The notes beneath the pieces were generated by a model that saw only the letters and a program-made list of their open reading frames with translations, ran no database searches and was not told the origin of the DNA. A DNA stretch of 54,994 nucleotides from an uncultured Candidatus Saccharibacteria bacterium (lineage in GTDB: Bacteria > Patescibacteriota > Saccharimonadia > Saccharimonadales > Saccharimonadaceae): positions 1-54,994 of the forward strand of contig CAMNAJ010000001.1 of the NCBI GenBank assembly GCA_946530935.1, given 5' to 3'. Numbering within the stretch: position 1 is the first letter of the stretch; the number at the start of each line of letters is the position of its first letter. Below are positions 28,737 to 39,013 of this stretch, in pieces. The translations under genes were made by a program, and so were the position numbers.

Positions 28737-29851
28737 AGTTTGATATTAAAAAGAAAAATGGTTTAGCCAGAGTCGGAGTTATTCATACTCCGCATGGCGA
28801 CATTAAAACTCCAGCCTTTGTAGGTGCTGCGACGCGCGCCACAGTTAAAGCTCTTACGATGAAAGAAATGAATGAGCTTGGTTCACAGGCTATTCTAGCA
28901 AATACATATCATTTGCTGTTAGCTCCTGGCACAGAGTTAATCAAAAAAGCTGGCGGGCTAGCTGAATTTAGTAGTTGGAATAAACCGACTTTTACCGACT
29001 CTGGTGGTTTTCAAATTTTTTCTTTACCAGATGTAAAAATCACCGAAAATGGTGCCAAATTCAAATCTCATATTAATGGCGATAAATTCGAAATGACTCC
29101 AGAATCGTCGATGCAGGCTCAATGGGCAATTGGCGCCGATATTCATATGGCTTTTGATCACCTCGCTAAATCAGAAGACAAAAAAGATATGAAAGAAGCT
29201 ATGGAGCGTACGCACGCATGGCTAAAGCGCTGTATTAAAGAACACGAGAAGCTCGAAAAAGAGTATATAAAAAATGGTAAGCCAGAACAGTATCTATACG
29301 CAGTAGTACAAGGCGGCACGTTTAATGACCTAAGGAAAGAATCTGCCGAATTTGAAGGTGCATTAGATGTTGATGGCTTTGGTATTGGTGGTGTTTTTAC
29401 CGCTAACGGTATGGCCGAAATGCTTCAAGTAGTTTGTTCCACACTTCCAGAAAACAAACCAAGGCATTTGCTAGGTATGGGACAAGAGCCAATCGACTTA
29501 TTTGACGGTGCCGAGAATGGCTGCGATACTTTTGACTGCGTAGGTCCAACCCGCATGGCTAGAAATGGTTCCCTCTACACGCTAGATGGCCGCATCAATA
29601 TTAAAAATGCAAAGTACAAAAACGATTTTACGCCAGTGATGGAAGCCTGCAATTGCGAATGTTGCAAGAATTACACCCGTGCATATCTACATCACCTATT
29701 TAAAACCGATGAAATTACGGCGAAGGTTTTAGCCTCGATTCACAACGAGCATTTTGTTGTAACGGTGGTAGATAAGATCCGAGCTAGTTTAGAAAACGAT
29801 ACATTTAAGGAGTATAAGACCGAATTCCTAAATCGCTATTACAGAAAATAA
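28730..29851 (+). CDS. tgt: tRNA-guanine transglycosylase
   Basis: NTYHL, TDSGGFQ, VQGG, KPRHLLG, D.FDCV, CNCECC, HN. Confidence 0.96.
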   Translation: MLKFDIKKKNGLARVGVIHTPHGDIKTPAFVGAATRATVKALTMKEMNELGSQAILANTYHLLLAPGTELIKKAGGLAEFSSWNKPTFTDSGGFQIFSLPDVKITENGAKFKSHINGDKFEMTPESSMQAQWAIGADIHMAFDHLAKSEDKKDMKEAMERTHAWLKRCIKEHEKLEKEYIKNGKPEQYLYAVVQGGTFNDLRKESAEFEGALDVDGFGIGGVFTANGMAEMLQVVCSTLPENKPRHLLGMGQEPIDLFDGAENGCDTFDCVGPTRMARNGSLYTLDGRINIKNAKYKNDFTPVMEACNCECCKNYTRAYLHHLFKTDEITAKVLASIHNEHFVVTVVDKIRASLENDTFKEYKTEFLNRYYRK

Positions 29852-29868
29852 TGTGCTATAATTTAAGC

Positions 29869-30144
29869 ATGAGTAGTATTTATCGTTTAGATATTAAAGG
29901 CATGCGCAAAGCATTAAATGATTATCATAAAACTTTATATGGTAGAACCGTTTTCTTCTTGGCATATTTTATACCAATCTTAACGTTTTTAGCTTTAGTC
30001 GGTTTTACTATTACTCTATTTATTAAACCAGGCGACGTAACATTTATCGCATTTTATTCTGCGCTAGCGGCATTTATTATTTCTTTCATTATCGGCAATG
30101 CCTACTATTATCGCGAACTACGCGAGTTTATTAAAGACAAATAA
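29869..30144 (+). CDS. Small two-TM membrane protein
   Basis: Two hydrophobic segments; TGCTATAAT 6 nt upstream of ATG 29869. Confidence 0.7.
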   Translation: MSSIYRLDIKGMRKALNDYHKTLYGRTVFFLAYFIPILTFLALVGFTITLFIKPGDVTFIAFYSALAAFIISFIIGNAYYYRELREFIKDK

Positions 30145-31488
30145 TTAAGCTAGGTATTCCCAAACACTGCCGTCAGAAGTATCCTTCACGGCAATGTTTT
30201 TTATGGCAAGCTCATCGCGAAGACGATCTGACTTAGTCCAATTCTTTTCCAGGCGAGCCGCCTCACGAGAACTAATAATTCTCTTAATGTCTTCAGTAAT
30301 TTCAGGCGTTTCGTTAATTAGGTTTAAGCCGAATAATTCGTCTATTTTTTTCCAATCCTCTAACGATATTGTTGCGCCGTCGATGATTGCAAATGCTTCA
30401 GCAGAATTTAGATTTTCATTCAAAGCATCGAGCACTTTGTTGTAAATATTGTCATCGCTTTTAATATCTTTTTGATAGCAGAGCGCAATACGATTTCGCC
30501 AGTTGAGTCTTCTCGCTTTTGCTGCTTCCAAACTTTCAAAGGTGAAATTACGTGTACCTTGGAAATGTCCCTGAAGTACCCACATTTTGTAATCAAGTGG
30601 CTTAAAACCGCGTTCTTTCAAATCGGAGAGCAAGTATACGTTGCCGAGCGACTTTGAAATCTTTTCGCCGTCAACCGTAATGAAATTAGCATGAAGCCAG
30701 TAATTTGCGAGTGGCTTGCCAGAAAGCGCAAAAGATTGCGCGATTTCATTAGTGTGGTGAATTGGAATATGGTCAATGCCACCAGTATGAATATCGATTG
30801 GTTCACCAAGCTCCTCATGTATAATTGTTGAGCATTCTAGATGCCAACCCGGATAGCCAGGGCGACCTAAATAATCCCAACGCATTGCATGTTTTTCGCC
30901 CGGCTTTATAAATTTCCAGACGGCAAAATCTGATACATTATGTTTCTCATCGTTAAAGCCCACTCTAGCTCCGGCTTGTAGACCTTTTAAGTCTAGTCTT
31001 GCAAAATCTGCATAGTTTTCGAACTTACTTGTGTCGTAGTAAATTCCATCCTCAGTCTCATAAGTAAAGCCATTTTCGGTCATCTTTGAGACAGCTTTCA
31101 TGTCTGCCTCCACATAATCAGTGGCTTTAGCGATAACATCTGGCTCGGTCAAATAAAGACTACGAAAGTTTTCTAAAAAGTCTTTAGAATACATGTCAGC
31201 AATCTCATATACGCTCTTTCCTTCGCGGGCGGCGCCTTTTTCTAATTTATCTTCACCTTCATCGCCGTCGGAAGTTAAATGCCCGACATCGGTTAAGTTT
31301 AATACCCTTCTAATAGTGAATCCGTCCGCTTTTAAAGTCCTCACTAAAAGATCCCAATAAATATACGAGGCATAATTACCGATATGTTGATAATTATAAA
31401 CAGTTGGACCACAAGTATAGATTTTAACAACATCACTAATAGGTTTAAAATCATCAAGTTGTTTGGTTAGAGTGTTATATAGTTTCAT
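30145..31488 (-). CDS. cysS: Cysteine--tRNA ligase
   Basis: MKLYNTL, CGPTVY, HIGN, PGWHLECS, KISKS. Confidence 0.97.
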   Translation of the reverse strand: MKLYNTLTKQLDDFKPISDVVKIYTCGPTVYNYQHIGNYASYIYWDLLVRTLKADGFTIRRVLNLTDVGHLTSDGDEGEDKLEKGAAREGKSVYEIADMYSKDFLENFRSLYLTEPDVIAKATDYVEADMKAVSKMTENGFTYETEDGIYYDTSKFENYADFARLDLKGLQAGARVGFNDEKHNVSDFAVWKFIKPGEKHAMRWDYLGRPGYPGWHLECSTIIHEELGEPIDIHTGGIDHIPIHHTNEIAQSFALSGKPLANYWLHANFITVDGEKISKSLGNVYLLSDLKERGFKPLDYKMWVLQGHFQGTRNFTFESLEAAKARRLNWRNRIALCYQKDIKSDDNIYNKVLDALNENLNSAEAFAIIDGATISLEDWKKIDELFGLNLINETPEITEDIKRIISSREAARLEKNWTKSDRLRDELAIKNIAVKDTSDGSVWEYLA

Positions 31489-32203
31489 TGATTTCTTTCT
31501 CCAGTATTTCGCCAAGTTTAAAGTATTTTTCTCTTGAAACGCCATGATGCCCAGGCGTACCAATCAGATTAATACAACGATTTGCTTTTGCAACTCTAGG
31601 TAAATTATAAGTGGCAATAAATTTATCGAGAACACCATAAATCATATCAGTTGGAATAGAAATATTCAAAAGCGTATCGTAATTATCTTTATTCATTACG
31701 ATATTTTGCATAGAATTTTTAAATGATTTCTCTTTTACAATACTAGGATCTTTCACACTGACTGCATCCTCAAATACTTTTATGCCCGCCATAAAAGCTG
31801 GATTTTTTAAATCCTCTTTTGTATAGACTGGTGGAGAAACGAGGATTAATCTATTTACCTTTTTGGGGTTTTCTGAGGCATATCTTGTAACTATGAATGT
31901 CCCAAGCGAGTGGCCAACGAGTATTAGTGGTGTTTTAATCTCAGCAAGTTCCAAAGAATAGTCTAACGCCTCAAGTTGCTCGTCGTAATTATATTCTAAA
32001 TCGTCATTTTTTTGAGATTTACCGGCACCAAGCAAATCGTAAGTAATGAATCTAGCATTAATTTTCTTTTCGTTTTCAAGATAATTAAGTGCGTGGTTAA
32101 AAGTTGAAGAATCCGAAGCTATTCCATGGATAAGGACAACAGTTATAGCCGGCGTTTTTGTGACAGAATAATCGTGATTTTTAAAAAGTGCTAAACGGTT
32201 CAT
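31475..32203 (-). CDS. Alpha/beta hydrolase (lipase/esterase-like)
   Basis: LIHG, DLLGAG.S, GHSLG nucleophile elbow, G..D, GHH. Confidence 0.88.
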   Translation of the reverse strand: MNRLALFKNHDYSVTKTPAITVVLIHGIASDSSTFNHALNYLENEKKINARFITYDLLGAGKSQKNDDLEYNYDEQLEALDYSLELAEIKTPLILVGHSLGTFIVTRYASENPKKVNRLILVSPPVYTKEDLKNPAFMAGIKVFEDAVSVKDPSIVKEKSFKNSMQNIVMNKDNYDTLLNISIPTDMIYGVLDKFIATYNLPRVAKANRCINLIGTPGHHGVSREKYFKLGEILEKEINETI

Positions 32204-33183
32204 TTCGCCTCCTTTAATAGTTCCGGAACAATATTAACAAGATCTCTAACAACTTCTTCATAATTTGTGTCGTATGTTCTAAAGCCAGCCGCAAAAGGAT
32301 GTCCTCCTCCGCCGAAATAGCCAGCAACTTTATCCGCAATGCCGGCATTAGTAGAGCAACGGATTTTGCCAGTGACCTTACCATCGGGATATGTTTTAAC
32401 AGCTACGGCGACCTTAACGCCTTCTACGAGGCGGAGCTCTTCTAGGATAAGTACATTAGGATTATATTCATCAGAAAATTCACGTATGTCATCCCAAGGA
32501 ATATGGACAGTAGCTAGTTCGCCATCGAGCGAATAGTCAATACGCTTAATGAGGTCAGCTTTATAGTCTAAAATGCGTTGAGACTTTTTCATAAATTCGC
32601 GTCTACGTTCTTCTAGATCGGACACGTTTGCACCAATTCTTGTTAATTCAGAAGCAATCTCGAAAGTTCTTGCTGTTACAGAAGCACTTGTAAAGCCTAG
32701 AGTATCAGAAAGAATACCTTGGAAAATTGCCTCGGCTGCGTCTATATTTATATTCAATTTCTCGCTTGCTGCTATTTCATAAATCAGTTCCGTGCAAGCC
32801 GGACGAATCTCAATAATTCTTTCGTGCTCGAAGTTTAAATCATCTTCGGTTTCGTGGTGGTCAATCACGAGTACGGGTGCAGAATACAAGCGATTTTTGA
32901 TTGCTGAATCATCCAGTAGTTTTGATAGTAATACTTCAGCAGCAGTATCAACAATGATGTAACCATCGGCACGGTAATCAAACTCGTTCGTTATTCTAGA
33001 CCAGTCGGCAAAATAATGTAAATATTTTGGAATATCAACTGGACAGTAGAGGGACACTTCTTTGTCAGATAATATATAATCAAGTGCAAAAGCCGAGCCA
33101 AGCGAATCGCCATCTGGATTTTCGGCCTGGATGATGCAAATCTTGTTTTTATCTTTAATAAAATCAGTGAATCCCTTATACAT
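32200..33183 (-). CDS. DHH family phosphoesterase (NrnA-like)
   Basis: NPDGDSLGS, IVD, IDHH, SDT, GGGH..AAG. Confidence 0.9.
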   Translation of the reverse strand: MYKGFTDFIKDKNKICIIQAENPDGDSLGSAFALDYILSDKEVSLYCPVDIPKYLHYFADWSRITNEFDYRADGYIIVDTAAEVLLSKLLDDSAIKNRLYSAPVLVIDHHETEDDLNFEHERIIEIRPACTELIYEIAASEKLNINIDAAEAIFQGILSDTLGFTSASVTARTFEIASELTRIGANVSDLEERRREFMKKSQRILDYKADLIKRIDYSLDGELATVHIPWDDIREFSDEYNPNVLILEELRLVEGVKVAVAVKTYPDGKVTGKIRCSTNAGIADKVAGYFGGGGHPFAAGFRTYDTNYEEVVRDLVNIVPELLKEAK

Positions 33184-33227
33184 ACTAATAATTATAACAT
33201 ATCAGTTTTTTGTGCTAAAATTATTGC

Positions 33228-33674
33228 ATGAACGTTTTTCGTACAGATAAAAAGTTTGAAAAATTCGAAGATGTATCCCCAGAAATCTTGAAGAAAGAAG
33301 GGGTCAAGCTTCTTCTTTGTGATCTTGATAATACCTTAAGACTTCATTCCGAAAAAGAGCCAACCGACGAACTTATTAAATGGATAAAAGAGTGTCATAA
33401 GGCAGGTATTAAGATTGTAATTGTATCAAATAATGGCCGCAAAAAGATGATGCAAAAGTTTTGCGAACCAATTAACGTTCCCTGTGTTTGGTGGGCCAAA
33501 AAACCACTTAGCACCAAACTAACCGAAGCGATGGACGAATATCATTTTATGCCGGAAGAAACCGTAATGTTGGGTGATAAATATTCAACCGATGTCTTGG
33601 CCGCTAAGTTTGCGAAAATACGTGCTTGGAAAGTCGAGCATCGCCGGGATTTAGTAAAAAATGAAGAAGAATAA
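33228..33674 (+). CDS. YqeG-family HAD IIIA phosphatase (possible PGP phosphatase)
   Basis: DLDNTL, VSNN, AKKP, GD...TDV; overlaps pgsA start. Confidence 0.85.
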   Translation: MNVFRTDKKFEKFEDVSPEILKKEGVKLLLCDLDNTLRLHSEKEPTDELIKWIKECHKAGIKIVIVSNNGRKKMMQKFCEPINVPCVWWAKKPLSTKLTEAMDEYHFMPEETVMLGDKYSTDVLAAKFAKIRAWKVEHRRDLVKNEEE

Positions 33675-34221
33675 AAAGAATAGAATTAATCTACCGACCA
33701 TTCTAACGTTGATTAGGATATTCCTCGTAATTCCTCTATTTGTGTTAATCTTCATTGACTCCTTGCCGGCTAAAATCATCACCATCATCTGTTTTATTGT
33801 TGCATCTATTACAGATTTTATTGATGGTAAACTGGCCCGTAAAAATAAGCAGGTCACAGACCTTGGGGCTTTTTTAGATCCTCTAGCCGATAAGATGTTG
33901 ATAAATTTAACACTTCTTGCTTTGTGCTACCAAAACCTCGTGCCAATTTGGATGTTTGCTATCATTATTGTCCGCGACTTTGCCGTAGATGGTATTAGAA
34001 TGATGGCGGCCAAAAAAGGCATTACAATTTCTGCATCAATGGCGGGTAAATTAAAAACTACAGTCCAGATGATTGCTCTTTCGCTAATTCTATTGAATAA
34101 GATAATACTAAATGATGTATTTGGCATCATAAACCTAGTGTTACTAAGTGTTATGTTAGCTTTAACTATTGTTTCTGGCCTAAAATATATAATTAAAGGA
34201 TGGAAATTAGCAATAGAATAG
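33661..34221 (+). CDS. pgsA: CDP-diacylglycerol--glycerol-3-phosphate 3-phosphatidyltransferase
   Basis: NLP..LT..RI, D..DG..AR......G..LD..ADK, GKLKT. Confidence 0.93.
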   Translation: MKKNKKNRINLPTILTLIRIFLVIPLFVLIFIDSLPAKIITIICFIVASITDFIDGKLARKNKQVTDLGAFLDPLADKMLINLTLLALCYQNLVPIWMFAIIIVRDFAVDGIRMMAAKKGITISASMAGKLKTTVQMIALSLILLNKIILNDVFGIINLVLLSVMLALTIVSGLKYIIKGWKLAIE

Positions 34222-34876
34222 TTGCGGTAAAAGCCGTGGAATCGATGCGGTCTAGAAAACCACCATGTCCACCAGTCCCACCAACTACATACTCGAGCTT
34301 CTGAAATACAATATTTTTGACTACGATTTCGTTTGAATCTTTTACTTTAAATTTGCGTTTCAAGAAGCTTTCATAAAGATCACCCATCAAAGCTAGCGGG
34401 CCACAAAAGAGATAAATCCATTCTGTATCAAATGCACCGCGAGCTAGCATGAGAATTAGACACATCAAGAATGACATTAAAAGACCAAGGAATGTTCCTT
34501 CCCAGGTTTTATTCTTTGAGATATGCGGAAACGGGCGAGACTTTTTAAATACTTTACCACCAAAAGCCTTTCCTAGTAGATATGCAAAAATATCATACCC
34601 ACAGACGCCAAGAATAATATACCAAAAATGGTTTATGTCGATTTTCCCTACCCAAATTGAGCTAAATATTAGAAATAGTATCTCGAATAGGGCCAGCACT
34701 ACATGGAAAAAACTGATTTTTCGCCAAAAGAAAGAGATTAATTCGATTGCTGAAACTACTGCGAATAAACTGTAGATTACTTTAAATGGAATGCCGTCAA
34801 ATGTGTACAAGGCAACTAGCGCCACGACAAACATTCCAATTCCGCACACCAGTCTCACCCTAAAATTTTTATCCAT
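34193..34876 (-). CDS. cdsA: Phosphatidate cytidylyltransferase
   Basis: DIFAY..G..FG, ISKNKTWEG, GDL.ES..KR...VKDS, GHGG.LDRIDS; start at MDKNF behind TGCTATAAT. Confidence 0.92.
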   Translation of the reverse strand: MDKNFRVRLVCGIGMFVVALVALYTFDGIPFKVIYSLFAVVSAIELISFFWRKISFFHVVLALFEILFLIFSSIWVGKIDINHFWYIILGVCGYDIFAYLLGKAFGGKVFKKSRPFPHISKNKTWEGTFLGLLMSFLMCLILMLARGAFDTEWIYLFCGPLALMGDLYESFLKRKFKVKDSNEIVVKNIVFQKLEYVVGGTGGHGGFLDRIDSTAFTATILLLISIL

Positions 34877-34923
34877 ACCCACATTATAGCACCATAATCT
34901 TAGAAAAATGATAAAATAGTAAC

Positions 34924-36654
34924 ATGCTCGAATATGTATATAGTAAGATAAAGACCATACTTCGTAAGCTAGACATGAAACTTGAACGTGCGAAATATGG
35001 TTATATTGATAAATTACCAAAGGAAATTGAATATTTTGAAGGTGGCATGTATGACGCCGTTTATGAGGCATCTTGTAAATGGCCAAATAATGTAGCGCTC
35101 GACTATTTTGATATTCAAATAACCTACAAAGAATTAATCAAGAAAATAAATAAAGTGGCAGCCGCTTTAAAAGAATCTGGTGCATCAAAGGGTGATCGAA
35201 TCACTGTTTGTATGCCGAACACTCCAGAAGCTATTTATATGTTCTATGCCATCAACGAAATTGGCGCCGTTGCCAATATGATTCACCCACTTTCGTCTGA
35301 GAAAGAAATCGAGGAGTATGTCAATCAAGCAGATTCCAAAATCATGCTTTGTATTGATATTTCCTATCCAAAAGTTGAAGCTATCATTAAGAATACTAAA
35401 CTAGAGCAAGTGATTGTGGTTTCTCCATCTAGATCGATGGACTTTATTATGAGAGTTCTATATAAACTCACGAAAGGACGTAAAAACCACATCAATAAAA
35501 GCCAGCACGTTATTATGTGGGACCGCTTCTTGAACAAGGCCAATAAATACATTGGAAATCCCCATGCTAGAGTAAACAGTAAGGATCCAGCCGTTATTCT
35601 CTACTCTGGTGGTACTACTGGTAAGCCAAAAGGTGCCATCCTTACAAATTTGAATTTTAACGCTCAAACCCTTGGTGCAAAATACCTAGTGCCAGAACTT
35701 CTTAAGGCCGAGAACGCATATTTAACATTTCTACCAAACTTCCACGCTTTTGGCCTGGGCTGTTGCATTCATATGCCACTATATTTCGGTTCACGTATCG
35801 TTCTGATACCACAGTTTAATGCAAAAAAGCTTAAAACCTATATTACTAAATACAAGATTAATATTCTTGTTGGCGTACCAACCGTATTTGAATACTTAAC
35901 TAAGATTAAATTCAAAAGAGACGGGCTAAAGAACGTGAGATTCGTTGTTTCTGGCGGTGACATGATTAGCATGACCAGTAAAGAAAAAATCAATGATTTT
36001 CTTAAAGCCCATGGTTCAAGGGCGGTCATCGAAAACGGCTACGGGCTAACCGAAGCATCTGGTGGTTTTATCTTTTCGACCAAAAATATTGCCGAAGAGC
36101 CAGATGTTATTGGTTATCCACTTCCAGATAATGAAGTCGTAATTATGAACATCAAAACCAAAAAAGAAGCCAAGCTCGGCGATGATGGCGAAATTTTGGT
36201 TCGTGGTCTAGCTGTTATGAAAGAATATCTCGGTAAACCAAAAGAAACCGAAGAAGCATTCATTATGGTTGGTGGCAAAAAATATCTACGTACTGGTGAT
36301 ATAGGCTATGCTGACGAGCGTGGTGTAATTCACTTCCGCTCACGCCTCAAGCGTATGATTATTTCGAACGGCTACAATATTTACCCAGCCAACATCGAAG
36401 ATGTAACTCTTAAGTGCAAAGAAGTTTCGAGCTGTGCCGTGGTAGGCCGCGAAGATAAGCTTCGTGGTGAAAAAGTAGTAGTATTTGTAGTGCTAAAAGA
36501 AGGCGCTTCCGAACGTGCTGCTAAAAAAGAACTCGGCGGTATCTATAAAAAGTATCTCGCTAAATACGAGATACCACGTGAGATTCGGTTTATTCCAGAA
36601 TTACCAAAGACTAAGCTTGCCAAAGTTGACTTTAAAGCACTAGAAAACTATTAA
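34924..36654 (+). CDS. Long-chain acyl-CoA synthetase / AMP-binding enzyme
   Basis: YSGGTTGKPKG, GYGLTE, RTGD, R.KRMII..G.NIYP, LPKT...K. Confidence 0.88.
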   Translation: MLEYVYSKIKTILRKLDMKLERAKYGYIDKLPKEIEYFEGGMYDAVYEASCKWPNNVALDYFDIQITYKELIKKINKVAAALKESGASKGDRITVCMPNTPEAIYMFYAINEIGAVANMIHPLSSEKEIEEYVNQADSKIMLCIDISYPKVEAIIKNTKLEQVIVVSPSRSMDFIMRVLYKLTKGRKNHINKSQHVIMWDRFLNKANKYIGNPHARVNSKDPAVILYSGGTTGKPKGAILTNLNFNAQTLGAKYLVPELLKAENAYLTFLPNFHAFGLGCCIHMPLYFGSRIVLIPQFNAKKLKTYITKYKINILVGVPTVFEYLTKIKFKRDGLKNVRFVVSGGDMISMTSKEKINDFLKAHGSRAVIENGYGLTEASGGFIFSTKNIAEEPDVIGYPLPDNEVVIMNIKTKKEAKLGDDGEILVRGLAVMKEYLGKPKETEEAFIMVGGKKYLRTGDIGYADERGVIHFRSRLKRMIISNGYNIYPANIEDVTLKCKEVSSCAVVGREDKLRGEKVVVFVVLKEGASERAAKKELGGIYKKYLAKYEIPREIRFIPELPKTKLAKVDFKALENY

Positions 36655-37256
36655 AGATCGGTGCGGTGCTCTAGCGCTGCACTGATAGTTATTTGATCAG
36701 CATAAGAAATATCAACACCAAGAGGTAGACCACGAGCCAGACGTGTGAGCCTTAGTTTTGGGTTTTCTTCATGGAGAACTTTTTCAAGTAAGAGCGCAGT
36801 TGATTCTCCTTCTACCGAAGGATTGGTGGCAATAATTACTTCTTTTACTTTATCGTCTTTTACTCTTTTAACTAATTCTTTGATATGCAACTCTTCTGGC
36901 GTAATGCCGTCAATTGGCGAAATCGCACCACCAAGAACATGATATGTTCCATTATAGCCGTGCGTAGATTCTATTGCGTAGATATCTAGCGGTTCCTCTA
37001 CTACGAGAACAGTCGTTTTATCTCGTTTAGGATCGGTATATAACGGCGATAAATCTTCGTCGGCATCGATTAATGCAAATGTCACTGGGCATGATTTGAC
37101 TCTAGAATGTAAGTTAGTTAAAGCATCAGATATTCCGTCTGAAATCTTTGAATTAGATTTAAAAAGATAGTAGGCATACCGTTCTGCGGTGCGAGGACCT
37201 ACGCCAGGAAGCATGCCAAGCGCATTAATTGCATCAATCAAAGCTTGAGGAAGCAT
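36651..37256 (-). CDS. recR: Recombination mediator RecR
   Basis: LPGVGPRTA.R, YHVLGG.ISP, ATNP.VEGE.TA, LARGLP. Confidence 0.95.
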   Translation of the reverse strand: MLPQALIDAINALGMLPGVGPRTAERYAYYLFKSNSKISDGISDALTNLHSRVKSCPVTFALIDADEDLSPLYTDPKRDKTTVLVVEEPLDIYAIESTHGYNGTYHVLGGAISPIDGITPEELHIKELVKRVKDDKVKEVIIATNPSVEGESTALLLEKVLHEENPKLRLTRLARGLPLGVDISYADQITISAALEHRTDL

Positions 37257-37257
37257 T

Positions 37258-37554
37258 TTACATTCCGAGGTTGCCGAGGCCACCCATAAGAGGTTTCATT
37301 TTTTCAGTAGCAATTTCTTGGGCTTTCGCAAAGCCATCACGCATACAATTTTCAATCCAACGCTCAAGCTCATGGATGTCGTCTAGATCAACCTTCTCAG
37401 GATCAATCTTGACCTTCTTAACCTTTAGCTCGCCATTGATTTGAATTACAACAGCTCCATCACCGGCTTCTACTTCAACGATTTCGTTCTTTAATTCTTT
37501 TTGTGCCTTGCGAAGCTGGTTCAAAAGCTTCATCTGGTCCATAGTCTGACCCAT
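37258..37554 (-). CDS. ybaB: YbaB/EbfC nucleoid-associated protein
   Basis: Q..L....VE..AG.G.V....NG; directly upstream of recR. Confidence 0.9.
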   Translation of the reverse strand: MGQTMDQMKLLNQLRKAQKELKNEIVEVEAGDGAVVIQINGELKVKKVKIDPEKVDLDDIHELERWIENCMRDGFAKAQEIATEKMKPLMGGLGNLGM

Positions 37555-37555
37555 A

Positions 37556-38998
37556 TTATTCTCCTTTAGCTGTATATAGATATATTATAGCAGAATTTTC
37601 ACGCATCGGGGATGTAATAATGCGTTCCAGCCTATAATTCTTGTCTTCAATTGCTTCATTTAAAACTGCAAGTCTTTCAGGAGCCTCTTCCGTTAATTTA
37701 ATAGCGTCCACGACTTTTATATCGGTAGAGTTCTCAATCATCTTATAAAAATCATAATTATTCTTAACAATTAGCGTTTCGTTGGTAAGGTTTTTTCTAA
37801 TAATCTTTAGCTCGCTTGAAAATTGGCTGGCTACACTTGGGTTATAGCGATACCCATAGACGTATTGGAGAAGCGAAGGCAAAAGAATGACTGCGAACAG
37901 AATTGAAAGCGGAATAACTGCAGCAATCCTAGCGTATGGGTTTTCTGGGAAAAGTCCATACCATTTTTCTAGTAGATATTTTAATCCGTGAGCAATTAAG
38001 ATAGCAAGAGGCAGAATAAAGAAGATTATCGCATCCGGGTTAAAGCCAGTGATTAGGATAGTAAATACGAACAGAAGCGATGCAATCATATTTCTCGACG
38101 CGAAAAACCCTTTTGTTGTTGAGAACAAACCAACCAGGGCAAGCGCAAGGCTTGGAAGACCAATTAATGGAGTCATGAAAACGCTTTCGAGCGAACCGTC
38201 CCATAAGAAAACTGGAGTAATACCGATAGCGATATTCGTAAAGAAGCGACCAAATTCGAAATTTTTACTAGAGAGTAGCTCGGATATAATACCGGGTTGA
38301 TTTACGATATTAATAATCAGCGTAATCATACCGGCAATTATTAAAGCGGACACGATAGAAAATGGTAATCTAGGTAAACTTTTGATTACGAATCTTAAGT
38401 GCGGTTGTAACCAAACAAAGACGAGACAAAATGCAGCGAAATAAATCATGTAAGGCGTAAAAATAGAAAATAGCATTGTAATCGCAAATAGGAATGAATA
38501 CATTGGTTTTGGACGCTTTTCGCCTTGGATTTTGGAACCTAACCAGAGTAATAAGGTTGGCCAAAAAACAATCATAATAAGTGGAGTGCCGTTCCCGGCT
38601 AAAAATAAGAAAGGAGTTGACAAAACAACAAGACACGATGAGAGGAGTGAAACATTACTCTTAAACCAACGGTTTAAAAGAAGAATTAACAGTAAGCCTA
38701 GAGCCAGACCAACTAAAATGCTTGGAAGTTTTATCGCATACGGAGTGAGTCCAAAAACCATAATTGATAGTTTTTGAAGCACCTTATAAGGCATATCGAC
38801 AATATCCCCACTAAGTGGTGAACTAAGTCTAAAACGATACGAAGCGGTTGCGGAATCCATCTCGGCTTGCGACAAGCCAGTTTGTGCAAAAAGTGGGAGA
38901 GTAAATAATAATGAAATAAATGCTAATCCTAGTAAAATATAACCAATAATAAAGCGGTATCGATACAAAAAAAGTTTAGAAATTATTATTTTCTTCAC
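37556..38998 (-). CDS. Polytopic membrane protein, GT-C (PMT/ArnT-like) glycosyltransferase-like
   Basis: Many TMs; P.Y..L......FG.T..AIKLPS pattern typical of GT39/PMT_2. Confidence 0.6.
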   Translation of the reverse strand: MKKIIISKLFLYRYRFIIGYILLGLAFISLLFTLPLFAQTGLSQAEMDSATASYRFRLSSPLSGDIVDMPYKVLQKLSIMVFGLTPYAIKLPSILVGLALGLLLILLLNRWFKSNVSLLSSCLVVLSTPFLFLAGNGTPLIMIVFWPTLLLWLGSKIQGEKRPKPMYSFLFAITMLFSIFTPYMIYFAAFCLVFVWLQPHLRFVIKSLPRLPFSIVSALIIAGMITLIINIVNQPGIISELLSSKNFEFGRFFTNIAIGITPVFLWDGSLESVFMTPLIGLPSLALALVGLFSTTKGFFASRNMIASLLFVFTILITGFNPDAIIFFILPLAILIAHGLKYLLEKWYGLFPENPYARIAAVIPLSILFAVILLPSLLQYVYGYRYNPSVASQFSSELKIIRKNLTNETLIVKNNYDFYKMIENSTDIKVVDAIKLTEEAPERLAVLNEAIEDKNYRLERIITSPMRENSAIIYLYTAKGE

Positions 38999-39013
38999 AC
39001 AATTATTATATAT

